Positions 1-9,421 are shown, counted from the stretch's first letter. The stretch: 64,000 bases of DNA from an uncultured Collinsella sp. (GCA_900546755.1 UREC01000009.1:69-64068); one strand, 5' to 3'. The notes: generated from the sequence alone by a model not told the origin. Numbers and translations are program-made.

Positions 1-40
1 GCGCAATCAGCCCGTTGTTTAAAACGGAATAAAGGTTAGT

Positions 41-74
41 GAGGCCCTGGCCGTTTGGCCAGGGCCTCGTTTTG
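41..74 (+). terminator. Rho-independent terminator-like hairpin
   Basis: gaggccctggcc-gttt-ggccagggcctc (12-bp GC stem) followed by gttttg. It sits just beyond the stop of the minus-strand GGDEF gene and downstream of whatever plus-strand gene lies left of the window. Confidence 0.6.
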
Positions 75-95
75 TAGCCGTCCTCTGTTGCAGGC

Positions 96-1187
96 TTACC
101 GGCCATCGCGTTGCGGACCGGCTGCCTCGGCCGTCTTTATGCGGTTCTTGTCGATGTACATGTTTTTGTCGGCCTGTGAAAAGAGCTCGCGCATCGTGGG
201 CAGCTCATCAAAATCACTGGAAAGCGCATAGCCCACCGCGTAGCTGATAGGCATGTCGGAGTGAGCCTCGGAATACTCGTTCACGTTCGCACGGACCCGA
301 GCGAGACGGGACTCCACGGCAGCTCGATCGGCATCCCACAGCACCGCGATAAACTCATCGCCGCCGTCGCGGCCCACAAAGCAGGCCTCGGACGCCACGC
401 GCCCCAGCTGCTGGGCAAAAGAACGGATGTATTCGTCACCCTTCTCGTGGCCAAAGCGGTTATTGACCGTATGCAGATTATTAAGATCGAAGACACACAG
501 CGCAACGGGCGCTTCAGCGGAAACGGGATGCTCCTGACCCAAGATTTCCTCGCATTTGTTCTTGTTGGGCAGTCCCGTAGCTTCGTCGAGATAAACTTTG
601 CTCTGCAGCTCGCGATTGAGTGCGGCAGTGCGCACCGCGCGAACAAGTTCGACCGCAAAGGTCGTCACCAAGCCCACGATGTCGATGATCACCAAGCCCT
701 CGAGATAGTTGAGCGCCGACGCCTTCTCCTGAGAGTAGTCCTCTGCGAGTCGCGTAGCATCGTCGCAAATACCAAAGAACTCCTCGCTCATGGCGATGAT
801 GTCGGTGTTCTCGTAGCCGACTTCGCGCACATGGATGATCTCGGCGCAAAGCTCATCATAATAGTTTGCAAGCTCGGTCATCTTTGCCTGATACTCGTCG
901 TCGTCGAGACGGACGAGGTTGAGGTCATCACTTCCGTAACGCAAACCGTTGATGTATGAATCAACGGCTCTGAGCAGGTCATCTCGAGGCTGGCCCGCGT
1001 CCTCGAGCTTAACGATTCGCTGCGTAGTGCCGCGCACCAGACCGGCGTAGTTGACCACGCGCGCTGTGCCCTGGATATCGGAGACGAGCAGCATAACATT
1101 GATGAAAAAGAAGATGAGAACTGCCGTGAGCACCATCATGAGCAGGCGCACCGCCCGGCTGGCTTTCTTGGCGACAGAAGGATTCAC
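96..1187 (-). CDS. Diguanylate cyclase (GGDEF domain) with N-terminal TM helix and PilJ/NarX-like sensor region
   Basis: 'RDGGDEFIAVLW' GGDEF motif, 'GHEKGDEYIR', and N-terminal TM 'LLMMVLTAVLIFFFINVMLLV'. Start moved to the GTG at 1185-1187, which is preceded by GAGGAG with a 7-nt spacer. The ORF-track start at 1253 is a TTG with no RBS. Confidence 0.85.
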   Translation of the reverse strand: MNPSVAKKASRAVRLLMMVLTAVLIFFFINVMLLVSDIQGTARVVNYAGLVRGTTQRIVKLEDAGQPRDDLLRAVDSYINGLRYGSDDLNLVRLDDDEYQAKMTELANYYDELCAEIIHVREVGYENTDIIAMSEEFFGICDDATRLAEDYSQEKASALNYLEGLVIIDIVGLVTTFAVELVRAVRTAALNRELQSKVYLDEATGLPNKNKCEEILGQEHPVSAEAPVALCVFDLNNLHTVNNRFGHEKGDEYIRSFAQQLGRVASEACFVGRDGGDEFIAVLWDADRAAVESRLARVRANVNEYSEAHSDMPISYAVGYALSSDFDELPTMRELFSQADKNMYIDKNRIKTAEAAGPQRDGR

Positions 1188-1306
1188 AAGTTCACTCCTC
1201 AAATGACAAAAGTGCAGGTAGCACACAGTGTGCTGAAATTCACGTGAGGTCAACTCTACCAGATGATTTTTCTAGGACGGGGATTAAAGAATCATCGACA
1301 CGATAG

Positions 1307-2185
1307 CTATTTGAGAAGTTGGACCATGGCGTTGACGAATTTTTGGACTTGGAGGGTGGGCTCAAGCGGGTAGTGCAAATAGACCGGCACCTCGCGGCCA
1401 CATAGGAACGGTACGCCCACAAAGGCCGGGTGCACGCCCGACCACGCTCCGCAGGTGAGCACCGCATCGCCCTTTTCCTCCGCTTCGTTAAAGAGCGCAA
1501 AGTCAAAGCTGTCCACGTCGATCACGTCCACGCCGCCGTCGGCCAACAGGTCGATGCGCAGGCTGTCCATGGCGTCGTTGCCGTGACGAAGCACGCGCAG
1601 GCGCATGCCCTCCAAGTCGGCAACCGTGATGCGCGTCTTGCGCGCAAGCCGGCTTGTGCGCGGCACGTCGATATAAAACGGCACGGTAACGATGCGGAGC
1701 TTTTGGCAGGCGTCACCCCAGCGCGGGGTCGAAAAACTCGACTGCACTACATCCACCTCGCGCCCCAAGCTGCGCATGACGGATTCACGCTCGTCATAGA
1801 GGTCGTTCACCGGCACGATCTCGAAGCGCAGCGATGGTTCCAGCTCGTGTACGCCCGTCCACATCGACAGCGTCTGACGCCCCGGGCACATCATCGACAC
1901 GCCCAGGCGCACGGCGCCGCCATCGCCCGCCGCGCGTCGGGCGCGACGCAGGGCATCCTCGGACTGGCGCATAATCGAGCGCGCGTCGTCCACCAGAAGC
2001 GCCCCCGCCGGCGTCACCTTGACGCCCGAATGCGAGCGCTCGAACAGCGTGATGCCAAACTCGGCCTCGAATCTTGACACCTGTTTGACGAGTGCCGGGG
2101 TCGACACGCGCAGTTTTGCCGCGGCGCGCGAGAAGCTTCCCAGCTCAGCGGCGGCCGCTATGGCCTCGAGTCGTCGATCGTACAC
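1307..2185 (-). CDS. LysR-family transcriptional regulator
   Basis: N-terminal HTH 'LEAIAAAAELGSFSRAAAKLRVSTPALVKQVSRFEAEFGITLFERS'. GTG start with a GGGAGA RBS. Divergent from the SDR/MFS operon. Confidence 0.9.
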   Translation of the reverse strand: MYDRRLEAIAAAAELGSFSRAAAKLRVSTPALVKQVSRFEAEFGITLFERSHSGVKVTPAGALLVDDARSIMRQSEDALRRARRAAGDGGAVRLGVSMMCPGRQTLSMWTGVHELEPSLRFEIVPVNDLYDERESVMRSLGREVDVVQSSFSTPRWGDACQKLRIVTVPFYIDVPRTSRLARKTRITVADLEGMRLRVLRHGNDAMDSLRIDLLADGGVDVIDVDSFDFALFNEAEEKGDAVLTCGAWSGVHPAFVGVPFLCGREVPVYLHYPLEPTLQVQKFVNAMVQLLK

Positions 2186-2418
2186 GTCAATCTCCCGTTT
2201 CCAGACGTATGGACATGCGCTGCCGAAGGGGGTCGTTTTGGCAGGTCACACACTCAATTAAGAACAAATTGCCTTGCGTGCTGTAAACCATAGGTTTACG
2301 CCATTCTAACAAATATGCAATTCACCTGCGCAAATGCAAAGCATACGATAACCAGCGAAAACCACGTGGGTCGATTAATGGGAGCGACCCACCGGGAGGC
2401 ACAAGAAGGGAAGTTCCT

Positions 2419-3300
2419 ATGAGCAACTGGCTTAAGCTCGAGGGCGATGTCTGCGCTGTGACCGGCGCACTCGGCGGCATGGGCGTCGAGATCTGCCGCG
2501 AGTTCGCCCGCAACGGCGCCAACGTCGTCCTGCTCGACCTGGACGAGGAGAAGGTCAAGGCCGCGGCCGCCGACCTCGCCGCCGAGTTTGGCATCCACGC
2601 CGAGGGCTACAAGATGAACGCCACCGACGAGGCCGAGGTTCAGGCCGCTGTCGATGCCACCATCGCCGACTTCGGCCGCGTCGACGTCCTCGTCAACACT
2701 GCCGGCATCCTGCGCTTCGCAGCCATGGAAGACCTGCCGCTGAGTGACTGGAACGAGGTCCTCAACGTCAACCTCACCGGCTACTTCATCACCTCGCAGC
2801 GCTTTGGTCGCGAGATGATCAAGGCCGGCCATGGTCGCCTGGTGCACATCTCGACCGTTGCCAGCCACTCCCCCGAGACGTTCTCGGGCGTGTACAGCTC
2901 CACCAAGGCGGGCGTCAACATGATGTCGAAGATGTTGGCTGCCGAGTGGGGTCCCTACGGCGTGCGTTCCAATTGCGTCGAGCCCTGCTTTGTTAAGACC
3001 CCCATGTCGGCGAGCTTTTACGCCGACCCCGAGGTCGAGAAGAGCCGCAGCCGTCTCATCGCCACGCGCCGCATCGGCGAGGTCAGCGATATCGCCAACG
3101 CCGTCATGTTCCTGGCGTCCAAGCGCTCGGACTTTACCACCGGCGACGCCATCAAGGTCGACGGCGGCTTCTCCAATATGATGGGCGACCTCACCGCCAA
3201 GCCCGGCGGCCGTCGAGCCTTTGCCGACAACTACCTCAAGAACAAGGGTGTCGAGCTTTGGTCCGACGAGTCTGGCGTCGCAAAGCCCACTGACCAGTAA
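2419..3300 (+). CDS. SDR-family oxidoreductase (short-chain dehydrogenase)
   Basis: Rossmann motif 'VTGALGGMGVEICREFARNGANVVLLD', 'NTAGI', and catalytic 'YSSTKAG'. Confidence 0.9.
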   Translation: MSNWLKLEGDVCAVTGALGGMGVEICREFARNGANVVLLDLDEEKVKAAAADLAAEFGIHAEGYKMNATDEAEVQAAVDATIADFGRVDVLVNTAGILRFAAMEDLPLSDWNEVLNVNLTGYFITSQRFGREMIKAGHGRLVHISTVASHSPETFSGVYSSTKAGVNMMSKMLAAEWGPYGVRSNCVEPCFVKTPMSASFYADPEVEKSRSRLIATRRIGEVSDIANAVMFLASKRSDFTTGDAIKVDGGFSNMMGDLTAKPGGRRAFADNYLKNKGVELWSDESGVAKPTDQ

Positions 3301-3366
3301 ACCAGCCTGACAGGGAGGCCCCGCGGACGTGTCCGCCCCTCCCCCGCATCGATTAGAAAGAGTCCA

Positions 3367-4623
3367 ATGGCTTCCACCAACTCCAACAAGGGTCGCGCCG
3401 TCGTGCTTTCCGCCGCGTGCGTCACCATGTTCTTTATCAGCTCCATCGCGCTGTATTCCGTCGTGAGCAAGAACCTGCTCGCCGTCTACCCCGAGTGGTC
3501 CAGCGCCCTTACCTGGGCTTTCCCGGTCTTTCAGACCATCATGGCCGTGACAGGCATCTTCGCCGGCCGCATCTCCGATAAGATCGGCCCCCGCAACGTC
3601 GTGATCGCCGCCGCCGTGTGCTACGGCCTGGGCTGGTTCATGTCTGGCACCGTCACCGAGCCGTGGCAGTTCTACCTGTGGTTCTCGCTCGTCGCCGCCA
3701 TCGGCAACGGCCTGGGTTACAACCCGGCGCTCACCACCGGCCAAAAGTGGTTCATCGACAAGAAGGGCCTGGCTTCCGGCATCACCCTGGCCGCTTCGAC
3801 CGCCGGCCCCGCCGTGCTGTCCCCGGTGCTCGCCTCGCTGCTCATCCCGAGCCTGGGCATCTTTGGCGCCCTCAAGGCACTCGGCGTCATCTTCTTTGCG
3901 ATGATCGCCGCCTCCGCCCTGTTCCTGAAGGCCCCCGAGGCCGGTTGGCTGCCCGAGGGCTTCGAGGCCCCCAAGGGCGGCGCACACGCCGGCACCTTCG
4001 GCGACCTCACCCCGGGCGAGATGGTCAAAACCCCGCGCTTTTGGATCCTCATCGTCACCTTCGCCTTTGCTGCCACTGCAGGCACCCTGCTCGTGGGCAA
4101 GGTTGCCTCCATCGCCGCCGTCCAGCTCTTCGCCGACCCCACGTGCGCCGCAGCTGTCGCCCTCGGCGGTGTAGTGGTCTCCGTCAACACCTGCGCCAAC
4201 CTGGTCGGTCGTCTGTCCTTTGGCCAGATCATTGACAAGCTCGGCGCCTACAAGTCGCTGCTCATCAGCCTTGTCGTCACCATCGTCGCGCTCGTCATCA
4301 TGTCGATGAGCTTTACGCAGAGCATGTTCTTTGTGGCGCTCGCCCTGCTCGGCTTTAGCTTTGGCGCCCTGCTCGTCATCTACCCGCCGCTTACCGGTGG
4401 CGCCTTTGGTACCAGCAACATCGGCGTCAACTACGGCATCATGTTCCTGGGCTACGCCGCTTCCACCTGGATCAGCCAGCCCATCACCGCCGTGCTGTAT
4501 CACGCCGAGGCCGGCAGCGCCGCCTACCAGCAGTCCTTCTACGGCGCCATCGTGATCGCCGCCATCGCCGTCGTACTCACCGTCTACATGATGGTCTCCG
4601 ACAGCAAGAAGAAGTCCGCTTAG
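3367..4623 (+). CDS. MFS transporter (oxalate/formate-antiporter-like subfamily)
   Basis: About 12 hydrophobic segments and the 'GRISDKIGPR' MFS loop motif. Co-directional with the SDR and Gfo/Idh/MocA genes. Confidence 0.85.
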   Translation: MASTNSNKGRAVVLSAACVTMFFISSIALYSVVSKNLLAVYPEWSSALTWAFPVFQTIMAVTGIFAGRISDKIGPRNVVIAAAVCYGLGWFMSGTVTEPWQFYLWFSLVAAIGNGLGYNPALTTGQKWFIDKKGLASGITLAASTAGPAVLSPVLASLLIPSLGIFGALKALGVIFFAMIAASALFLKAPEAGWLPEGFEAPKGGAHAGTFGDLTPGEMVKTPRFWILIVTFAFAATAGTLLVGKVASIAAVQLFADPTCAAAVALGGVVVSVNTCANLVGRLSFGQIIDKLGAYKSLLISLVVTIVALVIMSMSFTQSMFFVALALLGFSFGALLVIYPPLTGGAFGTSNIGVNYGIMFLGYAASTWISQPITAVLYHAEAGSAAYQQSFYGAIVIAAIAVVLTVYMMVSDSKKKSA

Positions 4624-4630
4624 TTTTACC

Positions 4631-4666
4631 GATGTGACATGAGGGACCGTCCCTTTGTCACATTCC
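4631..4666. repeat. Palindromic REP-like hairpin, family 'gtgacaaagggac' (copy 1)
   Basis: gatgtgacatgagggac-cg-tccctttgtcacattc. Related copies lie at 21845-21879 and 47187-47214. It follows the MFS stop directly, so it is probably a terminator. Confidence 0.6.
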
Positions 4667-4693
4667 ACCAGCCACCAGCATTAAGGAGTCGAA

Positions 4694-5734
4694 ATGTCTG
4701 AGCTCAACCCCGTCCGCATTGCCGTCATCGGCGCCGGCGCCATGGGCTGCAACCACATCCGCTTTGTCACCGAGGAGCCCGAGGCCGAGCTCGTCGCCAT
4801 CGCCGACGCCTTTGAGGGCGCCCGCGCCACGGCCGAGGCTGCCGGCGTGCCGTTCTTTACCGATCCCGCCCAGATGATGGACGAGGTCAAGCCCGAGGCC
4901 GTCATCATCGCCACCCCCAACGACCTGCATCTGGGCGTTGCCCGCGAGGCCGTGAAGCGCAACATCGTGCCGCTGGTCGAAAAGCCGATCTCCAATGACC
5001 TCGAGGATGCCCAGACCTTTGCCGCCGAGGCCGAGACCGCCGGCGTGCCCGTGCTCGTGGGCCAGCACCGTCGTCACAACCCCTTCGTCAACAAAGCCAA
5101 AGAGATCATCGAGTCCGGCGAGCTGGGCAAGCTCACCGTGTCGAGCTTCCACTACATGATCTATAAGAATGACGAGTACTTCGATGTCGAGTGGCGCCGC
5201 AAGAAGGGTGCCGGCCCGATCCTGGTTAACCTGGTTCACGACGTCGACCTGCTCCGCTATCTGCTGGGCGAGCCCGTCGCCGTCCAGGGTATGCAGTCCA
5301 GCGCCGCCCGCGGTTTTGAGACTGAGGACTCCGCCGTGGTCAACGTCCGTTTTGCCGATGGCGCGCTCGCAAGCATGACCATCTCCGATGCCACCGCCAG
5401 CCCCTGGAACTGGGAGGCCACCGCTCGCGAGGACCCGCAGTACCGTCCCTTCGACGCCGACGCCTACTTTATCGGCGGAACCTTGGGCGCCCTTTCGCTG
5501 CCCCGCCTGCACCAGTTCTCCTACAACGGTGCCTCCAACTGGCACAAGCCGCTGCAGATGGAGATCCCGGCCGTGGACCCGGCGCTGCCGCACAAGATGC
5601 AGCTCAAGCACTTTGTGAAGGTCGTCCGCCGCGAGGTCGAGCCCGTCGTGACCCCCGCCGACAACGTTAAGACGCTCACGCTGCTTAACGCCATCAAGGA
5701 GGCCGCCGAGACCGGCCAGCTCGTCGAGCTGTAA
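4694..5734 (+). CDS. Gfo/Idh/MocA-family oxidoreductase
   Basis: 'RIAVIGAGAMGCNHI' NAD-binding N-terminus, 'VEKPIS' and 'GQHRRHNP'. AAGGAG RBS. Confidence 0.9.
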   Translation: MSELNPVRIAVIGAGAMGCNHIRFVTEEPEAELVAIADAFEGARATAEAAGVPFFTDPAQMMDEVKPEAVIIATPNDLHLGVAREAVKRNIVPLVEKPISNDLEDAQTFAAEAETAGVPVLVGQHRRHNPFVNKAKEIIESGELGKLTVSSFHYMIYKNDEYFDVEWRRKKGAGPILVNLVHDVDLLRYLLGEPVAVQGMQSSAARGFETEDSAVVNVRFADGALASMTISDATASPWNWEATAREDPQYRPFDADAYFIGGTLGALSLPRLHQFSYNGASNWHKPLQMEIPAVDPALPHKMQLKHFVKVVRREVEPVVTPADNVKTLTLLNAIKEAAETGQLVEL

Positions 5735-5920
5735 TGCCTTAAGAGCGGCCGCGGCAGAAACCCCATGCCGAGTCCCTCGGTCCGCCACAAATAAGCCCCT
5801 CTTCTTTGCCCCACGAGCAGCCTCCTGCCCGCGGGGCTTTTCTTTGCAGCCGCGGCGCGCGGGCGGGTGGTAGACTGGGTGGCTCATGCACCTGTAACGT
5901 ACTCACAGACAGGAATTCCC

Positions 5921-8068
5921 ATGGATCTTATCGCCCAGCTCGCCCGCGAGCTCAACCTTAAGGCCGCCAATGTCGAGGCGACCGTCAAGCTCATCGACGA
6001 GGGCAACACCATCCCCTTTATCTCGCGCTACCGCAAGGAAACCACCGGCGGCATGGACGACGTCGCCCTGCGCGCACTCGACGAGCGCCTGTCCTACCTG
6101 CGCAATCTTGAGCAGCGCAAAGAGGACGTCATCCTGCTCATCGACGCACAGGGCAAGCTCACGCCCGAGCTCGAGCAGCAGATCCGCGAGGCCACACAGC
6201 TCCAGCGTGTCGAGGACCTCTATAAGCCCTACCGCAAAAAGCGCATGACCCGCGCGCAGAAGGCCCGCGAGGCAGGTCTGGAGCCGCTTGCCAACATGAT
6301 CATCATGCAGGCCTCGGCCAAGGGCAGCGCGCTCGACGCCGCCGCGGAATACGTCAACGAGGAGGCCGGCTTCGACACACCTGAGAAGGCGCTTGCCGGC
6401 GCCGCCGACATCGTGGCCGAGACGGTGGCCGAGGACCCTGAGAACGTCGCCGACCTGCGCGCCTTTACGCAAAACACCGCCGATATCGTCGTCGAGGCCA
6501 CCGACCCCGCGGAGAAGACTCCCTACGAGCCTTACTACAACTTTGACGAGCCGCTGCGCCGCATCCCTAACCACCGCGTGCTGGCTATCGACCGCGGTGA
6601 GCGCGAGGGTAAGCTCCGCGTGCGCGTGAACGTCGACGGCGCTGCCGCCACGGCGCGCCTCGGCAGCCGTTGGCCCCGACGCCAGGGCGTGTTTGCTCCC
6701 ATCTTCGATGCCGCCATCGCCGATGGTTACAAGCGCCTCATGGCCCCCTCGCTGGAGCGCGAGGCCCGCGCCAAGCTCACCGTCCGCGCGCAGACCGAGG
6801 CCATCAACGTCTTTGCCAAGAATCTTGAGGGCCTGCTCTCGGCACGCCCCGTGCGCGGCGCCCGCGTGCTCGCGCTCGATCCGGGCTACCGCACTGGCTG
6901 CAAGGTCGCCGTCATGGACGAGACCGGCAAGCTGCTCGACCACGGCGTGGTCTACCCCACCAAGCCGCGCCACGACGTCGCCGGCACCAAGCGCGAGCTC
7001 GCCCGCCTCGTCAAGAAGGACGGCGTCAACACCATCGTCATCGGCAACGGCACCGCCAGCCGCGAGACCGAGGAAGTCGTCTCGGAGTTCATTGCCGAGC
7101 AGGCGCCCAGCCTTCGCTACACCATCGTCAACGAGGCCGGCGCATCGGTGTACTCCGCCTCCGAGCTCGCCAGCCAGGAATATCCCGACCTGGACGTCAC
7201 CGTACGTGGCGCCATGAGCCTGGGCCGCCGCCTGCAAGACCCGCTGGCAGAGCTCGTCAAGATTCCGCCCCAGTCCATCGGCGTGGGTCAATACCAGCAC
7301 GACCTTGACCAGGCCGAACTCTCGCGCACCCTGGGCCACGTGGTGGAGGACGTCGTTAACCGCGTGGGCGTCGACGTGAACACCGCGAGCGCGAGCCTGC
7401 TGGGATACGTATCGGGCATCACGCCGAGCGTGGCCAAAAACATCGTGGCTTTCCGCGAGGAAAACGGCGCCTTTACCGATCGCCGCCAGCTCAAGAAGGT
7501 CCCCAAGCTGGGACCCAAGGCGTACCTCAACGCCGCAGGTTTCCTGCGCATCAGCGGCGGCAAGAACCCGCTCGACGCGACAAGCGTCCACCCCGAAAGC
7601 TACGAGGTGGCCACGGCCGTCCTGGAGCGCGCCGGCGTTGCGGCAAGCGAGCTCAGCCGCGGCGGCGTGCCCGACATCGAGCGCCGCCTGGGCAGCATCT
7701 CGACGCTGGCAAGCGACCTGGACTGCGGTACCCTCACGCTCATCGACATTGTCAACGAGCTCAAGAAGCCCGGCCGCGACCCGCGAGACGACGCGCCCGA
7801 GGTGGTCTTTAGCCGCTCGGCACTTTCCATCGACGACCTGGAACCCGGCATGGAGCTCAAGGGCACGGTGCGCAACGTCGTCGACTTTGGCGCCTTCGTC
7901 GACGTGGGCGTGCACCAGGACGGCCTCGTGCACATCTCCAAACTGGCCAACCGCTTCGTCAAGCACCCAAGCGACGTGGTGCGCGTCGGCGACACGGTCA
8001 AGGTGTGGGTCGAAAAGGTCGATCGCGACCGCAAGAAGATCTCGCTCACCATGGTGCAGGGGAAATAA
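5921..8068 (+). CDS. tex: Tex-like transcription accessory protein (YqgF/HHH/S1 domains)
   Basis: 'TIPFISRYRKE', 'LDPGYRTGCKVAV' and a C-terminal S1 domain 'GTVRNVVDFGAFVDVGVHQDGLVHIS'. Start set at the ATG at 5921 (MDLIAQLA...), the typical Tex N-terminus. Confidence 0.95.
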   Translation: MDLIAQLARELNLKAANVEATVKLIDEGNTIPFISRYRKETTGGMDDVALRALDERLSYLRNLEQRKEDVILLIDAQGKLTPELEQQIREATQLQRVEDLYKPYRKKRMTRAQKAREAGLEPLANMIIMQASAKGSALDAAAEYVNEEAGFDTPEKALAGAADIVAETVAEDPENVADLRAFTQNTADIVVEATDPAEKTPYEPYYNFDEPLRRIPNHRVLAIDRGEREGKLRVRVNVDGAAATARLGSRWPRRQGVFAPIFDAAIADGYKRLMAPSLEREARAKLTVRAQTEAINVFAKNLEGLLSARPVRGARVLALDPGYRTGCKVAVMDETGKLLDHGVVYPTKPRHDVAGTKRELARLVKKDGVNTIVIGNGTASRETEEVVSEFIAEQAPSLRYTIVNEAGASVYSASELASQEYPDLDVTVRGAMSLGRRLQDPLAELVKIPPQSIGVGQYQHDLDQAELSRTLGHVVEDVVNRVGVDVNTASASLLGYVSGITPSVAKNIVAFREENGAFTDRRQLKKVPKLGPKAYLNAAGFLRISGGKNPLDATSVHPESYEVATAVLERAGVAASELSRGGVPDIERRLGSISTLASDLDCGTLTLIDIVNELKKPGRDPRDDAPEVVFSRSALSIDDLEPGMELKGTVRNVVDFGAFVDVGVHQDGLVHISKLANRFVKHPSDVVRVGDTVKVWVEKVDRDRKKISLTMVQGK

Positions 8069-8078
8069 ACCGCCAAAG

Positions 8079-8292
8079 CAAGGGTACCCCCTGTAGCAGC
8101 GTGCAAAATCGCGAGTATTCTGCAATTTCCGCCGCTCCGAACGCTCCTCAGAGGCAATAAAGTCACAAACAGCCCCCGTTTTAGCGTCGTCAGAGCCAAA
8201 ACGGGGGCTGTTCCGTGCTTCAACCAGCTGGTAAAAGCCTTTACCTTGCTGAATACTCTCAATTTTGCACGTCGCAGGCGGGGGTACCTTTG
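8079..8292. repeat. MITE-like element: ~42-bp imperfect terminal inverted repeats around a 15-bp-stem hairpin
   Basis: Left arm 8079-8120 (caagggtaccccctgtagcagcgtgcaaaatcgcgagtattc) matches the reverse complement of 8251-8292 (gaatactctcaattttgcacgtcgcaggcgggggtacctttg). It has no coding capacity. Confidence 0.55.
8168..8212 (+). terminator. Hairpin terminator between convergent tex and the transaldolase-like gene
   Basis: aacagcccccgtttt-(15-nt loop)-aaaacgggggctgtt, a 15-bp perfect stem followed by ttcc. Confidence 0.6.
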
Positions 8293-8293
8293 C

Positions 8294-8320
8294 CTACGGC
8301 AGGATATGGAAGCCGAGTGC
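8294..8320 (-). repeat. Orphan duplicate of the 3' end of the transaldolase-like gene
   Basis: The minus strand reads gcactcggcttccatatcctgccgtag (A-L-G-F-H-I-L-P-stop). Twenty nt (tacggcaggatatggaagcc, 8295-8314) are identical to the true gene end at 8451-8470. Confidence 0.7.
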
Positions 8321-8449
8321 TAACTTGCCGGCAAGCTCGTGTCGGCAGCCCCGGCCTTTCCTTTACCTAGCGCGACCCTCGCGAAGCGCGTGAGCGATAG
8401 GGAAAGGAAAGGCCGGGGCGAACAACCCGCGGCGCAGCCAGTGTTCGCG

Positions 8450-9154
8450 TTACGGCAGGATATGGAAGCCCAAAGCGGCGATATCCTTGGCAAAGCCGCG
8501 CACGGTATCGAGCGAAACCTCATACGGGTCGCGCCCGATGTTCTTGCGCTTGGCCAGGATACTGTTGGGCACCGTGATGATCTGACAACCGCAGGCCTCG
8601 GCCTGGTAGATGTTGATGAGCTCGCGCGTGGATGCCCACAGGACCTCGCAGTTGGGCTTGGCGGCGGCCGTCTTGACCGACTCCGTCACAAACGGAATGG
8701 GATCGACGCCGGTGTCGGCGATGCGACCGGCAAAGAGCGAGATGATGGACGGCGTCTCGGCGTCAACGGCCTCGACCATCTCGTCGACCTGCGTAGGCGT
8801 AAAGATGGTGGTGACGTTGACCTTGATGCCGTCGGCCGAAAGCTTGTGCACCAGCTCGGCGGTGGACTCGCCCTTGGTGGTCACGCACGGAATCTTGACG
8901 TAGACGTTCTCGGCCCAGGCAGCAATCTCGCGGGCCTCGACCTCCATGGTCTCGACGTCGTCGGCAAAGACCTCAAACGACACGGACACATCGGTGATGT
9001 GGGCCAGGACCTCCTTGGCAAACGCGCGGTAATCCGTCACGCCGCCCTTCTTCATAAGGGACGGGTTGGTCGTGAAACCCTGAACGTTGCCGCTCTCGTA
9101 CATGTCGAGCATGCCCTCGAGGTTTGCACCGTCAGCGAACACCTTGATTGCCAT
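8450..9154 (-). CDS. Transaldolase-family protein (short Staphylococcus-type), paralog 1
   Basis: 'MAIKVFADGANLEGM...NVQGFTTNPSLMKKGGVTDYRAFAKEV...SFEVFADD...VKIP'. Start set at the ATG at 9152-9154. Confidence 0.85.
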   Translation of the reverse strand: MAIKVFADGANLEGMLDMYESGNVQGFTTNPSLMKKGGVTDYRAFAKEVLAHITDVSVSFEVFADDVETMEVEAREIAAWAENVYVKIPCVTTKGESTAELVHKLSADGIKVNVTTIFTPTQVDEMVEAVDAETPSIISLFAGRIADTGVDPIPFVTESVKTAAAKPNCEVLWASTRELINIYQAEACGCQIITVPNSILAKRKNIGRDPYEVSLDTVRGFAKDIAALGFHILP

Positions 9155-9325
9155 CTGCCTGATTCCTTTCGTTAGCATACGGCCGATAAACTGCTAAACA
9201 CTTTATCTACGTTTATCAAGGCGTGAACTGCGGTTTTTTATCTTCTCGGCGAACGGTTTTGCAGATTTACCATTTTTATATCGACGCCCCAGCGGCAAAA
9301 CGTTTTTGCCGATCATTGCGTTTGA

Positions 9326-9339
9326 TTCCGTTCACGGAA
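9326..9339. promoter_or_regulatory. Candidate operator half-site pair (TTCCG-N4-CGGAA; minus strand reads TTCCGTGAACGGAA)
   Basis: The core CCGTGAACGG also occurs at 12580-12589, and GCGTGAAC at 9221-9228 and 12601-12608. All four lie in the two promoter regions of the PTS/transaldolase cluster next to a DeoR gene. Confidence 0.3.
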
Positions 9340-9382
9340 CAGAAGCAGCGCCTCGCCGGCTCATATTCACAATCGCTCCAAA

Positions 9383-9421
9383 GCAAAAAGCGGTGACGCC
9401 TCGATTGAGACGTCACCGCTT
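9383..9421 (-). terminator. Rho-independent terminator after the PTS IIC gene
   Basis: Minus strand: gcggtgacgtctcaatcgaggcgtcaccgc followed by tttttgctttgg. Confidence 0.75.

Noticed and set aside
2296-4668. 790-aa minus-strand ORF spanning the SDR and MFS genes
   Set aside because: Its Gly/Asp/Ala/His-rich composition is implausible for a protein. It is antisense to two genes with clear family motifs, which marks it as a high-G+C artefact. The same reasoning rejects 4658-5887(-), 5903-8125(-), 8339-9175(+), 11698-12480(+), 16279-17043(-), 17148-17978(+), 18607-19464(+), 20513-21745(+), 21815-22801(+), 24116-25204(-), 36264-38078(+), 38208-39194(+), 39222-39950(+), 44210-45331(+), 46352-47140(-), 47276-48466(+), 50175-50903(+), 54978-56051(+) and 59121-60299(-).
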